Shown: positions 27,183 through 37,450, numbered from the stretch's first letter. The stretch is 64,000 nt of DNA from an uncultured Acidobacteriota bacterium (GCA_963764715.1 CAVXTP010000012.1:64001-128000); one strand, 5' to 3'. The notes: generated from the sequence alone by a model not told the origin. A program made the numbers and translations.

Positions 27183-28844
27183 CTACTTCAGCATCTTCTC
27201 CAGCTCGGGCGACTTCTTCCCCGACATCTCCCACCGCACGAGCGACGCCGGGATCAGTCCCACGGCGTTGAAGGTGTCCATGTACTCCTTCATCCGGAAC
27301 TTGTCGCCGAGCTGCTGCTTGCGGTCGGCGAGGAGCGCGTCGAGCTCCATCTTGCCCATCAGGTAGCTCGTCCCGTAGCCGGGCTGCTGGAGGTAGAGGT
27401 GCTGCTCGCCGCGGACGAGCTTGCCCTCGAGCGAGAACCAGCCGCGCGGAACGTTCGCGCAGGCGAAGGTCGCCGCCTGCTCGATGTCCATGAGGTTCGC
27501 GACCATGTAGAGGTCGCCGAGGGCGCGCGCCGCCCGCTGCGCGACGAGGATGTAGACGAGCTCGCGCGAGCGCGGCCGCGCGTCGAACATGCCGGCCTGC
27601 ATCATCAGCTCCTCCCAGCCGGTCGCATGTCCCTCGGTGCGCGTGTTGTCGAGGTTGTAGAGGCGCACGTCGCGGCGGATCGGGTTCTCCGACGTCTCGT
27701 GGACCATCCAGCCCTTGTCGAACCAGTGGTAGCCGTGGGTGCGCATGACCTCGGGATCGCGGTAGTCGACCTCGCCGAAGAACTCGAGCGGGCCGGGGCT
27801 GTAGCTGCCGATCCGCGCGCGCAGGGCCGCGTCCATCCAGGGCTTGATCGTCAGGATCTCGTTGTCCTTGAGGTACGCCATGTACTCGGTGACGGCGTCG
27901 TTGAACCGCCTGTCGTACTCGGCCGCGCTCGCGATCGGCGCCTGGGGCGGGAGCTTGGCGTTCTTGAGCTCCTCCATCGTGAGGAGGGCCGTCGAGCGCG
28001 CGAGCTCGCGCTTCATGAGCTCGACCTCTTCGGACCAGGTGGACGGAACCAGCTGGACGTTCTTCAAGTACCAGTTGTAGTTCTCGATGCCGACGCCGGA
28101 GGGGCCGGTCTTCGAGGGCGCCTGCGCGTCGAGCCAGCCGGCGAAGTCGTCCGTCGCCTTCTTCGCGCGATCGAGGTCGGACTTGAGGGCGGACTGCGAG
28201 GCGTCGAGCGTCTTTGCGAGCGCGGCGATGTCGGCGCTCTGCTGGCGGACGCTCTTCGCGCCGTAGACCCAGAGGTCCCGGCCGTTGCCGGTCAGGTTGG
28301 TCTTCGCCTGTGCGAGAAGGGCCGGGATCGTCCGGACGCCGGCGGCGATCTGCGCGGCGGCGTCCTTCGAGAGGGGCGTTTTGTAGCTCCAGAGCTCGAC
28401 TGCGCCTTCGGCGAACGGGCCCTCGCGCTTGGGCTGGTCGCTCTCCTCGGGAAAGAACGTGACGTAGAAGCCGGGGTTGTTGGCCCAGGGCCGGAGGACG
28501 CGGAGGTCGAAGTCGAGGCCGTTCACCTCGGCGCGGACGACGTAGTAGTCGACCTGCTGCGGGATCGGCCACGCGCCCGGATCGATCGCGGCGAGACGCT
28601 TCTTGTACGTCTCGAGCTCCTTCTGCTGCGCGGCCATGGCGGCGGCCGTGTAGTCGGGCACGCCGTCGACGACCTTCGGCTTCTGGAACGCGCGGAAGTC
28701 CTTGTAGAAGGTCAGCAGGTCCGCATAGCCGCCTCCCGGCGGCGCGGGCGAGGCCGGCGCGGCGCCTCCCCCGGCGAGGACCCCGGCAATCAGACAGACG
28801 CTCATCATCAGGACCGACGGATCGCGTGAAATCATGCCGCGCAT
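27183..28844 (-). CDS. DUF885-like secreted protein
   Basis: EGHATGWEE, QPGYGTSYLMGK, GLIP; start uncertain (28808-28844). Confidence 0.8.
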   Translation of the reverse strand: MRGMISRDPSVLMMSVCLIAGVLAGGGAAPASPAPPGGGYADLLTFYKDFRAFQKPKVVDGVPDYTAAAMAAQQKELETYKKRLAAIDPGAWPIPQQVDYYVVRAEVNGLDFDLRVLRPWANNPGFYVTFFPEESDQPKREGPFAEGAVELWSYKTPLSKDAAAQIAAGVRTIPALLAQAKTNLTGNGRDLWVYGAKSVRQQSADIAALAKTLDASQSALKSDLDRAKKATDDFAGWLDAQAPSKTGPSGVGIENYNWYLKNVQLVPSTWSEEVELMKRELARSTALLTMEELKNAKLPPQAPIASAAEYDRRFNDAVTEYMAYLKDNEILTIKPWMDAALRARIGSYSPGPLEFFGEVDYRDPEVMRTHGYHWFDKGWMVHETSENPIRRDVRLYNLDNTRTEGHATGWEELMMQAGMFDARPRSRELVYILVAQRAARALGDLYMVANLMDIEQAATFACANVPRGWFSLEGKLVRGEQHLYLQQPGYGTSYLMGKMELDALLADRKQQLGDKFRMKEYMDTFNAVGLIPASLVRWEMSGKKSPELEKMLK

Positions 28845-28849
28845 TCTAT

Positions 28850-29078
28850 GGGGTCAGCCCTGCATTTCTGAATTTTGGGGTCAGCCCTGCATTTCTGACT
28901 TCTGGTGCCAGGCCTGAATTCCTGCTCAAAGAGTCAGCGATGCAGGTCAGGCACCAGGCACCAGGTACCCATGGGGTCAGCCCTGCAAGCATGCAACTTA
29001 GGGCCTGACCTGCAGGATTGAACTTCTCATCGAAGTGTCAGGCCTGGCACCAGGTTACAGACTTGCAGGTCAGGCCCC
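28850..29078. repeat. GGGGTCAGCCCTGCA-family repeat cluster (copy A)
   Basis: GGGGTCAGCCCTGCA at 28850, 28877 and 28973; TGCAGGTCAGGCMCC ends at 28955 and 29077. Confidence 0.85.
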
Positions 29079-29124
29079 ATTCGGAGGGGCGTGCTACAGT
29101 GAAAGCCTTCCGAAAGAGAAGTTC

Positions 29125-29343
29125 ATGGCACTGACGGTCCATCAGGCCGAGGCCGAAGCACGCTGGAGATGGGGCGGACTCTTTGCCCGAGGCTTTGCCC
29201 GGCACGAGGCCGCGCTGCGCCGGCCGTTTCAGGTCGGGACTCGAAGTTTCGGAAAGGTCACGATCCGCGGCGAGGGGACCTCCTGGGAGAGCGCTTTCCA
29301 GAACGCCGACACCCAGACCAACGAAGCTCCGGCGAAGAAGTAG
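29125..29343 (+). CDS. Small hypothetical protein
   Basis: MALTVHQAEAEARWRWGG...GEGTSWESAFQNAD; plausible codon usage. Confidence 0.55.
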   Translation: MALTVHQAEAEARWRWGGLFARGFARHEAALRRPFQVGTRSFGKVTIRGEGTSWESAFQNADTQTNEAPAKK

Positions 29344-29364
29344 CCGGCTCCCCCCGAACCGGCT

Positions 29365-30978
29365 CTAGCCGATCCCCGCGCCCTCAGGGCTCGCTCGCTC
29401 CGCCTCTTCGGACTCGAGAGCTCTCGCCTCGCGGCTCGCGTCGGCGACCCCTCCTCGACCGCGCGGGAACCAGGCGAACCCGGCCGCGAGCACGAGGGCC
29501 AGCACCAGGACGGCCGCTCCGAGGCTGATGCGGATCCCCTCCACGAAGTCCTTGTCGGCGGCGACGAGGATCGCCCGCTCGGTCGCCGCGTCCGCATGGG
29601 CGATCGGCCGGCCGGGGCCGATCTCGGCGGCGTAGGCCCGCGGGTTCGCGTCGCCGATGATCGTGTCCGCGACCTGACGCCGCTCGGCCGGGTCCGGGAT
29701 CGCCTGCGCGAGATGCTCGGAGAGCGTCACGGTGAGAGAGGCCGCGAGAACCGATCCGAGCACGGCGAATCCGACGGTCGAGCCCAGTGCCCGCTGGGCG
29801 CTCATGATGCCGGACGCCATCCCGGCGCGCTCGGGGGGCACGGCGGTCATCGCGAGCGAGGTGATCGGCGTCAGGCACAGCGAGCTCCCGAGCGAGGCGA
29901 GGATCAGCCCCAGAACGACGACGGGCGTGCTCTGCCCGAGCCCCGCGATCATGACGGCGAACCCCGAGATCTGCGACGCCAGACCGAGCAGGATCAGCCG
30001 CCGCGCGCCGACCACCCCCATCAGCTTGCCCACGCGAAGCGAAACGAGCGTGCACGTGGCGCTGTACGGGAAGAGGATGAATCCCGCCTGCGTCGGCGAG
30101 AAGCCGCGCACGTTCTGCAGGTACTGGGTGATGACGAGGAGCATTCCGTAGACCGCGAAGAGCACCGCAAAGATCGTCCCGATCGCCAGCGAGTACGTGC
30201 GATCCCGAAAGAGGGTCAGGTCCATCATCGGATCCGCGCTCCGGCGCTCGGCGACGACGAAGGCCGCAAGCGCGGCGGCGGCGAGGGCGAAGAGGCCGAG
30301 GATCTCGGGGGACTTCCAGCCCGCCCGCGGGCCCTCGATCACCGCGTACGCGAAGGCCCCGACGGCCGCGACGAAAAGAAGCTGCCCGGGGACGTCGAAC
30401 GTTCGCGGCCTCTCGTCGCGCGACTCCACGACGAACCGCCACGTCAGCGCGAGGACCGCGAGCCCGACCGGGACGTTGACCAGGAAGATGATCCGCCAGC
30501 CGCTGCGCTGCACGAGGATGCCCCCGAGGGTCGGGCCGATCGCCATCGCCGTCGACGCGATCGCCGTCCAGATGCCGATCGCCCAGGCCTTCAGCTTCGG
30601 CTCGGGAAACGCCGAGGAGACGAGCGCGAGCGACGTCACGTTGACCGTGGCCGCGGCGACGCCCTGGATCGCCCGCGCCGCGTTGAGGACGGTGAGCGAG
30701 CCCGCGAGCCCGCAGGCGACCGAGGAGAGGGTGAAGAGAGCGATGCCCGCGACGTACAGCTTCCGCCGGCCGTGCATGTCGGCGAGCGTCCCGGCCGACA
30801 TGATCGCCACCGCCATGCCGAGGCTGTACGCCGTCACGACCCACTGCAGCCCGGACTCTCCGACCTGGAAGTCGTGCTGGATCGACGGGAGCGCAACGTT
30901 CACGATCAACGCGTCGAGGTAGATCATGAACAGGCCGAGGCCGGTGGCGGCGAGGGTCAGGCGCTGGACGCGGGTCAT
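29365..30978 (-). CDS. MFS transporter, DHA2 (EmrB/QacA-like)
   Basis: LDALIVNVALP, QWVVTAYSL, DMHGRRK, GPTLGG, WRIIFLVNVP. Confidence 0.92.
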   Translation of the reverse strand: MTRVQRLTLAATGLGLFMIYLDALIVNVALPSIQHDFQVGESGLQWVVTAYSLGMAVAIMSAGTLADMHGRRKLYVAGIALFTLSSVACGLAGSLTVLNAARAIQGVAAATVNVTSLALVSSAFPEPKLKAWAIGIWTAIASTAMAIGPTLGGILVQRSGWRIIFLVNVPVGLAVLALTWRFVVESRDERPRTFDVPGQLLFVAAVGAFAYAVIEGPRAGWKSPEILGLFALAAAALAAFVVAERRSADPMMDLTLFRDRTYSLAIGTIFAVLFAVYGMLLVITQYLQNVRGFSPTQAGFILFPYSATCTLVSLRVGKLMGVVGARRLILLGLASQISGFAVMIAGLGQSTPVVVLGLILASLGSSLCLTPITSLAMTAVPPERAGMASGIMSAQRALGSTVGFAVLGSVLAASLTVTLSEHLAQAIPDPAERRQVADTIIGDANPRAYAAEIGPGRPIAHADAATERAILVAADKDFVEGIRISLGAAVLVLALVLAAGFAWFPRGRGGVADASREARALESEEAERASPEGAGIG

Positions 30979-31067
30979 GGGGTCGTTGCCCGAAGGATCT
31001 CACGGAAGGCCCCGGATCGAACCGTTTGCATCAAGCGCTCCATCCGGCGCGTCGGGTAGGTTGGGGC

Positions 31068-31307
31068 ATGCGCTGGCGTCCGGGGCTTCCCGTCGTCCTC
31101 GTCGCGGCTGTCGTGGGCGGAAACTATTGCGTCCTCGTGTATGAGCCCGGAAGTCAGGTTCCGCTGCCGATGGTCAACGTCAAGCCTCCGCCCATGCCGC
31201 TCCACGACACGCCCGCGACTCTCCCGCCGACGCCCTCTCGGACGGCGACGCCCCCGTCCTCGACGCCCACGCCGGCGCCGGTCGAGCCACTCGAGGAGCC
31301 TCGCTGA
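31068..31307 (+). CDS. Small Pro/Thr-rich exported protein
   Basis: Hydrophobic leader with Cys, then PMPLHDTPATLPPT motif shared with 31887. Confidence 0.5.
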   Translation: MRWRPGLPVVLVAAVVGGNYCVLVYEPGSQVPLPMVNVKPPPMPLHDTPATLPPTPSRTATPPSSTPTPAPVEPLEEPR

Positions 31308-31388
31308 AAGTTCGAAAAACGGTGCGTTTGGGTCAAGACACCGCCCTCCCCCCTCTCTAGTCTGGGAAACGAGCAATGGAGGTGGGTC

Positions 31389-31859
31389 ATGAAAGTCAGT
31401 GAGATCGCATGCCGGCCGGTCGCCTCCTGCACGGAGGAGACCAGCCTGTCTTCGGCGGCCCGGCTCATGGGAGACAACGACTGCGGAGTGCTCCCGGTGC
31501 TTCGGGCCGGAAAGCTGGTCGGGATCGTGACGGACCGGGACATCTGCATGGCCATCGCGAAGGCGCATTCCTCGCCCGGAGAAACCCCGATCAAGGAGGT
31601 CATGACAATGAACGTCGCCACATGCCAGACGACCGACGACGTGAGCGCGGCGCTTTCGACCATGTCGAGACGGCAGGTCCGGCGCCTGCCCGTTCTCGAT
31701 CCCGAGGGACCGCTCTTCGGCATCCTCTCCCTCGACGACATCGTCCTTCGGGCCGAGGAAATGCTGCCGGGCGGACCGCCGCCGCCGATCTCGCACCGGG
31801 ACGTGGCCCTGGCGTTCCGGAACATCGTCGGCAAGCGGCCGTTGCGCAAGTCCGCCTGA
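31389..31859 (+). CDS. CBS domain protein
   Basis: DCGVLPV, GIVTDRDI, VRRLPV, GILSLDDI; GGAGG RBS. Confidence 0.92.
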   Translation: MKVSEIACRPVASCTEETSLSSAARLMGDNDCGVLPVLRAGKLVGIVTDRDICMAIAKAHSSPGETPIKEVMTMNVATCQTTDDVSAALSTMSRRQVRRLPVLDPEGPLFGILSLDDIVLRAEEMLPGGPPPPISHRDVALAFRNIVGKRPLRKSA

Positions 31860-31886
31860 GGCTCGCGAGGAAATCGGGAGTGGGGT

Positions 31887-32192
31887 GTGCGCCGACCCGG
31901 CAAGATCATTCTGCCGCCGGGGCGGCGCTGGCGTCTGCTGGTTTTCGGGGGCGGTGTCTGGAGCGCTCTTGCGGCAGCTCAATGCGCCTTCCCCGGCGGT
32001 CCCCCGCTCCGGCTCGAGCTGCCGCCCATCCCGATGCCTCTCCACAACACGCCGGCGACATTCCCGCCGACACTTTCCGCGACACCGACCCGCCTGCCGT
32101 CGACTGCGACCCCGACGCCGCCCCCGATGGATATGGTTCCAACGATCGCGGCTACGTCGCCCGAAACCTTTCGGGCGGATTCCTTCTATTGA
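31887..32192 (+). CDS. Small Pro/Thr-rich putative lipoprotein
   Basis: LAAAQC lipobox-like; PMPLHNTPATFPPT. Confidence 0.5.
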   Translation: MRRPGKIILPPGRRWRLLVFGGGVWSALAAAQCAFPGGPPLRLELPPIPMPLHNTPATFPPTLSATPTRLPSTATPTPPPMDMVPTIAATSPETFRADSFY

Positions 32193-32207
32193 CTTCGAGG
32201 TGAGGAG

Positions 32208-32471
32208 TTGACGACTCGCAGCGTCTTCTCCGGAAACCCCGTACTCCTGCTCGCCGCGGCGGTTGCCGCCGCCGCGGGATGCAGCGGAACCGACGTGACC
32301 GTCAACTCGACCGGGGAGGGCGCCACCGCGTTCGTCGCCGCTCCGCCCGTACCTCCCGTCGAAGTCGACCGCGAGGGACTGCACGAACCCCCGACGCGCA
32401 CGCCCGCCCCGATCACGCCCATCTATCCGATCCGGACGCCTCCGCCGACGCCCACCCCCCGGCCGCGATGA
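32208..32471 (+). CDS. Small Pro/Thr-rich putative lipoprotein
   Basis: AAAGC lipobox; Pro/Thr tail; GAGG RBS before TTG. Confidence 0.55.
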   Translation: MTTRSVFSGNPVLLLAAAVAAAAGCSGTDVTVNSTGEGATAFVAAPPVPPVEVDREGLHEPPTRTPAPITPIYPIRTPPPTPTPRPR

Positions 32472-32640
32472 GCGCGCGGGCGCGGAACGCTCGGGAACCT
32501 TCGTTCCCGGCGCTCACTCGTTCGAACGGCCCATGCACAAAACCCATGCAATCGCATCAAGACAACGGGACTCCTCGCAACGGAGCATGACGGATTGGGC
32601 GGCGGAGCCGACTGCACTGGCAGGCTGAAGCTCACCAAAG

Positions 32641-33663
32641 ATGGATACTCGCTGGCGGTTCCCGGGGTCATCGAAGAACCGCGGTCACCCGCCCACGCGT
32701 CGACTCATCGGTTTCCTGCGCTTGGTCGTCCTCCTTTCGGCCGTTTCGTCCCTCGCAGCGTGCGTCTCGGACGTCCCGCCCCCGGGACTGGTTCCGGCCG
32801 GCCCTCCCGTGACCCGCGTCGAAGATCTGACGGGCGACTATTGCTACTTCGGGCCCGACTACAACGTCCGCTCCTTCGGCCGAACGTTCGACGGCATTCC
32901 GTTTCTCCGCGTCGGTGACCTGGGAAGGCCGACGCTCGTCTCCGTCCAGGCGACGGCGCAACGCATCGTCTTCGGTTACACGGACGCGAACGGCGAAGAG
33001 AAGAGCCAGGACTTCGAGGTCACGGGCCGGGCCGAATGGCACGGAGCCTCCCTCGTCGTCAAAGAGTCGCAGGGCACGAGTGTTCTTCCCCTTCCCGGGG
33101 CGTTCGACGTCACCTCGCACTCCCGCGAAAGTCGGATCTTCAAGCTGGCGGACGGCCGGCTCGTCATGACCGACTCGGCGCGCTCGAAGGGGTACTCGGA
33201 AACCGGGAGTTACTCGGTTTCCGAGGGCGGATTCCACGCGACGAAGCAACCGACGTTTCACCGCGAGGAGCGGACGGTGGCCCTGATCCTGGATCCCGCC
33301 ACGGGAAGCTGCGGGGCGAACGTCGATGGCCGGCCTCGGCAGCCCTGGTTCGAGAAGGGCCTGGATCTGCGCGACCCGGTCTGCGCCGCGCAGCTCGAGG
33401 ATCAGCTCGCGGCGATCATGGTGCAGAAGGAGGAGGCGCCCGAAGACGCCGCCCTCGCCGCAAACATGACTCTCCAGTCGTTCTTCCGGGGCGAGTCCAC
33501 GCTGACCTTCGTCGCCTCGACCCGGCCGGGCTGGCGCTACTTCTTCAAGATCGTCAAGAAGAAGTCGGGGTGCGTCCTCAAGCTCTACTCGCGGCAGAAA
33601 CCGCACGTACAGCACATGTCCTTCGCGAGCCGGCCGCTTCCCGGCTGCGAATGCAACGACTGA
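32641..33663 (+). CDS. Hypothetical lipoprotein
   Basis: SLAAC lipobox; non-repetitive 340-aa ORF; start uncertain. Confidence 0.6.
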   Translation: MDTRWRFPGSSKNRGHPPTRRLIGFLRLVVLLSAVSSLAACVSDVPPPGLVPAGPPVTRVEDLTGDYCYFGPDYNVRSFGRTFDGIPFLRVGDLGRPTLVSVQATAQRIVFGYTDANGEEKSQDFEVTGRAEWHGASLVVKESQGTSVLPLPGAFDVTSHSRESRIFKLADGRLVMTDSARSKGYSETGSYSVSEGGFHATKQPTFHREERTVALILDPATGSCGANVDGRPRQPWFEKGLDLRDPVCAAQLEDQLAAIMVQKEEAPEDAALAANMTLQSFFRGESTLTFVASTRPGWRYFFKIVKKKSGCVLKLYSRQKPHVQHMSFASRPLPGCECND

Positions 33664-33690
33664 GCGCCTGGGCGTCCGGCGCCTCGGTTC

Positions 33691-34479
33691 TCAGTTCGGC
33701 CAGTACAACCCGAAAGCCTTCGAGAGGAACACGGCCATCTGGCCCCGCGTGACGGGATTGTCGGGGCAGTAATTGCCGCTGCCGCAGCCGCCCGTGATGC
33801 CGGAAGCCTTGAGCGCCTCGACGTACTGGAAGAACGCGTGGTCCGTTGGGACGTCGCCAAAGGACGCGGTGCCGGGCGCCGGGCTGACCTGGAGATGGTA
33901 ATAGACGATCGCCCGGCGGAACTGCTGGGCATTGGTCGCGCTCATGCCGGAGTTGATCTCGACGTAGTACGAGTTGTTGAGATTGTCGACCGTGACGTCG
34001 AGCCCGCCCACGGTGAAGTAGGTCCAGCCGGGCGTGCCGCCGACTCCCGAGACGCCGGCGGCGGCGCACGCCGAGCCGGCGGGGTTGCCGCTGCACACCC
34101 AGAGGCTTCCCGCCATCGTGCTGCCGGGGTGGTTCTGAAAGACCTCGAACGCGACCTGATCGATGTGGGCGCCGGTCGGCAGGTTGACCGGGGCGTCGAA
34201 CCAGACCAAGTCACCGCCGCCCGTGCGATATCGCGTGCCGTTGGCGAAGGTGTACGTGATGCTCGAGTCGATCGGAATGAACGCGTACGCGGGAATCGAA
34301 AGTGTCGCGCTTCCAAGGCCGGCGTTCCGGGGCATCGCGGGAGGCTGGCTCTGGACTCCATCGCCCGCGAACTCGACTCTCTCCATGCCGCCCGGCTGCG
34401 CCGAGAGGAGGTGGGTAAAGAACAGGGCCGCTGCGCCGACGATCGTGAAGCGGTGGAGCATCCATCGTGAGTTCTGCAT
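33691..34479 (-). CDS. Secreted SLH-like protein (same family as 2664 and 3543)
   Basis: APVNLPTGAHI core; QVSPAPGTASFGDVP...GCGSGNYCP...TRGQMAVFL. Confidence 0.85.
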   Translation of the reverse strand: MQNSRWMLHRFTIVGAAALFFTHLLSAQPGGMERVEFAGDGVQSQPPAMPRNAGLGSATLSIPAYAFIPIDSSITYTFANGTRYRTGGGDLVWFDAPVNLPTGAHIDQVAFEVFQNHPGSTMAGSLWVCSGNPAGSACAAAGVSGVGGTPGWTYFTVGGLDVTVDNLNNSYYVEINSGMSATNAQQFRRAIVYYHLQVSPAPGTASFGDVPTDHAFFQYVEALKASGITGGCGSGNYCPDNPVTRGQMAVFLSKAFGLYWPN

Positions 34480-34546
34480 GAGCGCACCTCTCACGAGACT
34501 CTGTATTCCTGAACTGCGGGGTTGTCCTGATCCAACTGCATTGAAA

Positions 34547-34664
34547 TGGGGTCAGCCCTGCATCGCTGACTCCCGGTGCCCGGCCTGCATTCCTGGCGAA
34601 AGAGTCAGGAATGCAGGTCAGTCCCCAGGAGTCCCCGAAGTTCAGTAATTCAGGGCTGACCCCA
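34547..34664. repeat. GGGGTCAG-family element (copy B) with 14-bp perfect terminal inverted repeat
   Basis: TGGGGTCAGCCCTG ... CAGGGCTGACCCCA; interior resembles 28877-28955. Confidence 0.85.
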
Positions 34665-34677
34665 CGGCCTCCGCGGT

Positions 34678-35160
34678 CTACTGGACGATGACGGTGCCGG
34701 ACATCATGGCGCCGTGGACCTGGCAGAAGTACGGGAACGTCCCGGCCGAGGGAAAGAGGTGCGTGAAGGTCATCCCCGCGCCGATTCCCGAGTCGAACTG
34801 GCCGTCCGGCGAGCACCCGACGACGCAGGATCCGGACGTCACCGAGTGCGATCCGGAGACCCACCGCCACTCGACCGTCGTCCCGGCCGGAATCACCGTC
34901 GTGTTGCCGCCGGAGACCTGGTCGACGAACGTGGTCCCTCCGTTCTGGCCGACGTCGACGATCCGGTTGCCCGACTGCTCTGGCGTGGGCGTCGGCGTCG
35001 CACCGGTCGGAGGCGTGGGAGTCCGGGTCGGAGTGTTCGCCCCGGGCACCGTCGCCGTCAGGGTGGGCATCGGCCCGGTGATGTTGTTGTCGTTGTTGCA
35101 CCGGATTCCCGACAGCATCGCCGCGCCGATCCCCGTGATCACGACCATTCTTCGAAACAT
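34678..35160 (-). CDS. Plastocyanin/azurin-like copper-binding lipoprotein
   Basis: HSVTSG...FPYFCQVHGAMMSG type-1 Cu ligands; Cys after leader; Pro/Thr linker. Confidence 0.85.
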   Translation of the reverse strand: MFRRMVVITGIGAAMLSGIRCNNDNNITGPMPTLTATVPGANTPTRTPTPPTGATPTPTPEQSGNRIVDVGQNGGTTFVDQVSGGNTTVIPAGTTVEWRWVSGSHSVTSGSCVVGCSPDGQFDSGIGAGMTFTHLFPSAGTFPYFCQVHGAMMSGTVIVQ

Positions 35161-35365
35161 GGGCACCTCCCGGGTTGGAGCAAGACGCCGCCCCGAAGCG
35201 GGCGCGCGCCGCCACGTTCGTGGCAACGGCGCAGGCACGCAAGGCAGATGCCACGGGACCGAATTCGACCGAAACGCTTAGATGTCCTTTAGACAAGCGA
35301 CCGCCGCAGGTGACGCCGGCCCCGTGGCCAGCGTCGACGACTGCGGCGGCTCGCGGAATGCGTCG

Positions 35366-37321
35366 TTACTGCAGGTTGAACGTCTTGACCAAGAACACCG
35401 CCATCTGTCCGCGGGTATTCGAGTTCGTCGGGCAGTAGTTGCCGCCGCCGCACCCGCCGGTGATCCCCTCGGCCGACAGCCGTTCGATCCAGTCCGCGAA
35501 GAGGCTCGGGCAGGTCACGTCGCCGAACGCGCCCGCGCACGGCGGCGGGACGTACGCCGAGCCGTGCTCGGCCTTCAGCAGGAACACCGCCATCTGATTG
35601 CGCTGGACCGGGTTCGCGGGGCAGTAGTTGCCGTTGCCGCACCCGCCGGTGATCCCCTCGGCAGCGAGCTGCTCGATCCAGTCGGCGAAGGTCGACGGAC
35701 ACACGACGTCGCCGAAGACCCCCGCGCAGGCCGGCGGAACGTAGATCGACCCGTGCTTCGCCTTGAGCAGGAAGACCGCCATCTGGGCGCGCGTCACGGA
35801 GCTGTTGCGGCAGTAATCGCCCGCGCCGCAGCCGGCGGTGATTCCTTTGCGGAAGACCGACTCGATGAAATCGTGAAAGCTGTCGGCCGGCGGGACGTCG
35901 AGGAAGTCGGCGAAGAAACCGCCGCGGATCGACCCGATCGTCTTGTCGACGTTGGTCACGATCACGTCGTTGAGGCTCCCCGGCGCCAGCGCCGGCGTGC
36001 TCCCGGTGATCTCGGTCGGCGCGATCGAGATCCCCGTCGGCACGGCCCCTCCGATCGTCACTGCGGCGAGGCTCTGGAACAGCGTCCCGGCGATCGTCAC
36101 CGGCGTGCCTCCGGCGGCCGGGCCGGAGCTCGGCGTGATCGACTGGAGCTTCGGGTTCGCGAAGCGGTAGGCCACGCCGACGGCGTTCGCGCCGCCGGCT
36201 TCCGTCGTTCCGTACAGCGCGCCGTCGTTGCCCGCGAGGACCGCCGCGTGGGGATGGTCCCCCGTCGCGGACGCGAAGCTGCGGACGACGTCGAACAGCG
36301 TGGCCGCGCGGGTCAGGTGGAACAGCGTACCCCCGTTGTTGGCGCCGTCGGCGTAGGCCGTGCCCCAGAGCAGGGCCTGGTCTTCGACGAGGGGGCCGCG
36401 GGGACGCGAGCCGTCCGCGCCGCCGAGCGACTTGAGGACCACGAAGCCGTTTCCGTCCCGGCCCAGCGCGAAGACGATTCCGCCGTTCGCGGTCCCGCCG
36501 AACTCGGTCGTGCCGTAGAGGACGCCATCCGAGCCTTCGAGGAGCTCCGCCGAGGGAGTTTCGCCGTCGTCCGGGGCTCCGGCGAAGGTGTGGATCGTCG
36601 TCAGGGAGCTGCCGTCGAGGTTCGCGCGGAAGACCGTCCCGTTGCCGTTCTGGACCGCGGCGAACTCGGTCGTGCCGAAGAGCCGGCCGTCGCTCGCGAG
36701 GATCAGGCCCGCCATCGGCCGCGTGCCCTCGGTCGACGCGCCGAACGCGTGCAGTACCGCGAAGGCGGTGCCGTTGAGGGCGACGCGATAGAGCGTCCCC
36801 GCGTTGTGGGCGCCTCCCGAGTGGGTCACGCCGTAGAGCATGGTGTCGGACGCCTGGACGAGCCGCCCGCGCGGCTCTTCCCCGTCGGTGTCGCCGTCGA
36901 AGTGGCGGACCGTCGCAAAGTTGCCGCCCGCCGTATCGATCTTGAAGACGGTCCCCTTGCCGAACGTGCCGCCGCCGGACGTCGAGCCATAGAGGAGCCC
37001 GTCGGAGGCGAGGATGAGGCCCGCCTCGGGCTGCGTGCCGTCGGTCGTGTTGAAGTCGTGGATCACCGCGAAGTTGTTTCCGTCGGCGTCCATCTTGAAG
37101 ACCGTGCCGACGGCGTGGGCGCCGCCGGCCGACGTCACGCCGTAGAGGAATCCGTCGCCCGGATTCCGGAGGAGGGGCGCCGTCGGGCTCGCGCCGAGCG
37201 GCGTGTCGAAGGGATGGATCGCGCTGTAGCCCTGCGCCAGCGCCCCGGGGGGCGCGAGCAGCAGGAGCGCCGGAAGGACGAGGGCGACGAGGGCGATCGG
37301 GTTCGGGTGCCTGCGGTTCAT
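35366..37321 (-). CDS. Surface protein with GloVer-like tandem repeats, IPT/TIG and triple SLH-like domain
   Basis: Repeated DG.LYG.T..GG....GTVF units, TIG domain and three GC..YC repeats. Confidence 0.88.
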   Translation of the reverse strand: MNRRHPNPIALVALVLPALLLLAPPGALAQGYSAIHPFDTPLGASPTAPLLRNPGDGFLYGVTSAGGAHAVGTVFKMDADGNNFAVIHDFNTTDGTQPEAGLILASDGLLYGSTSGGGTFGKGTVFKIDTAGGNFATVRHFDGDTDGEEPRGRLVQASDTMLYGVTHSGGAHNAGTLYRVALNGTAFAVLHAFGASTEGTRPMAGLILASDGRLFGTTEFAAVQNGNGTVFRANLDGSSLTTIHTFAGAPDDGETPSAELLEGSDGVLYGTTEFGGTANGGIVFALGRDGNGFVVLKSLGGADGSRPRGPLVEDQALLWGTAYADGANNGGTLFHLTRAATLFDVVRSFASATGDHPHAAVLAGNDGALYGTTEAGGANAVGVAYRFANPKLQSITPSSGPAAGGTPVTIAGTLFQSLAAVTIGGAVPTGISIAPTEITGSTPALAPGSLNDVIVTNVDKTIGSIRGGFFADFLDVPPADSFHDFIESVFRKGITAGCGAGDYCRNSSVTRAQMAVFLLKAKHGSIYVPPACAGVFGDVVCPSTFADWIEQLAAEGITGGCGNGNYCPANPVQRNQMAVFLLKAEHGSAYVPPPCAGAFGDVTCPSLFADWIERLSAEGITGGCGGGNYCPTNSNTRGQMAVFLVKTFNLQ

Positions 37322-37450
37322 GACGGCCTCCTTCGGTGTCGGCGGGCATCGCATTCGTTGCCCGCTGCCCGCAGTCTTCTCCCGGATCCCGCACAGAGGC
37401 CGCCGACTAATGATCCCGTAAATGAGCGCAAATCGGCCGACCCGGCACCC

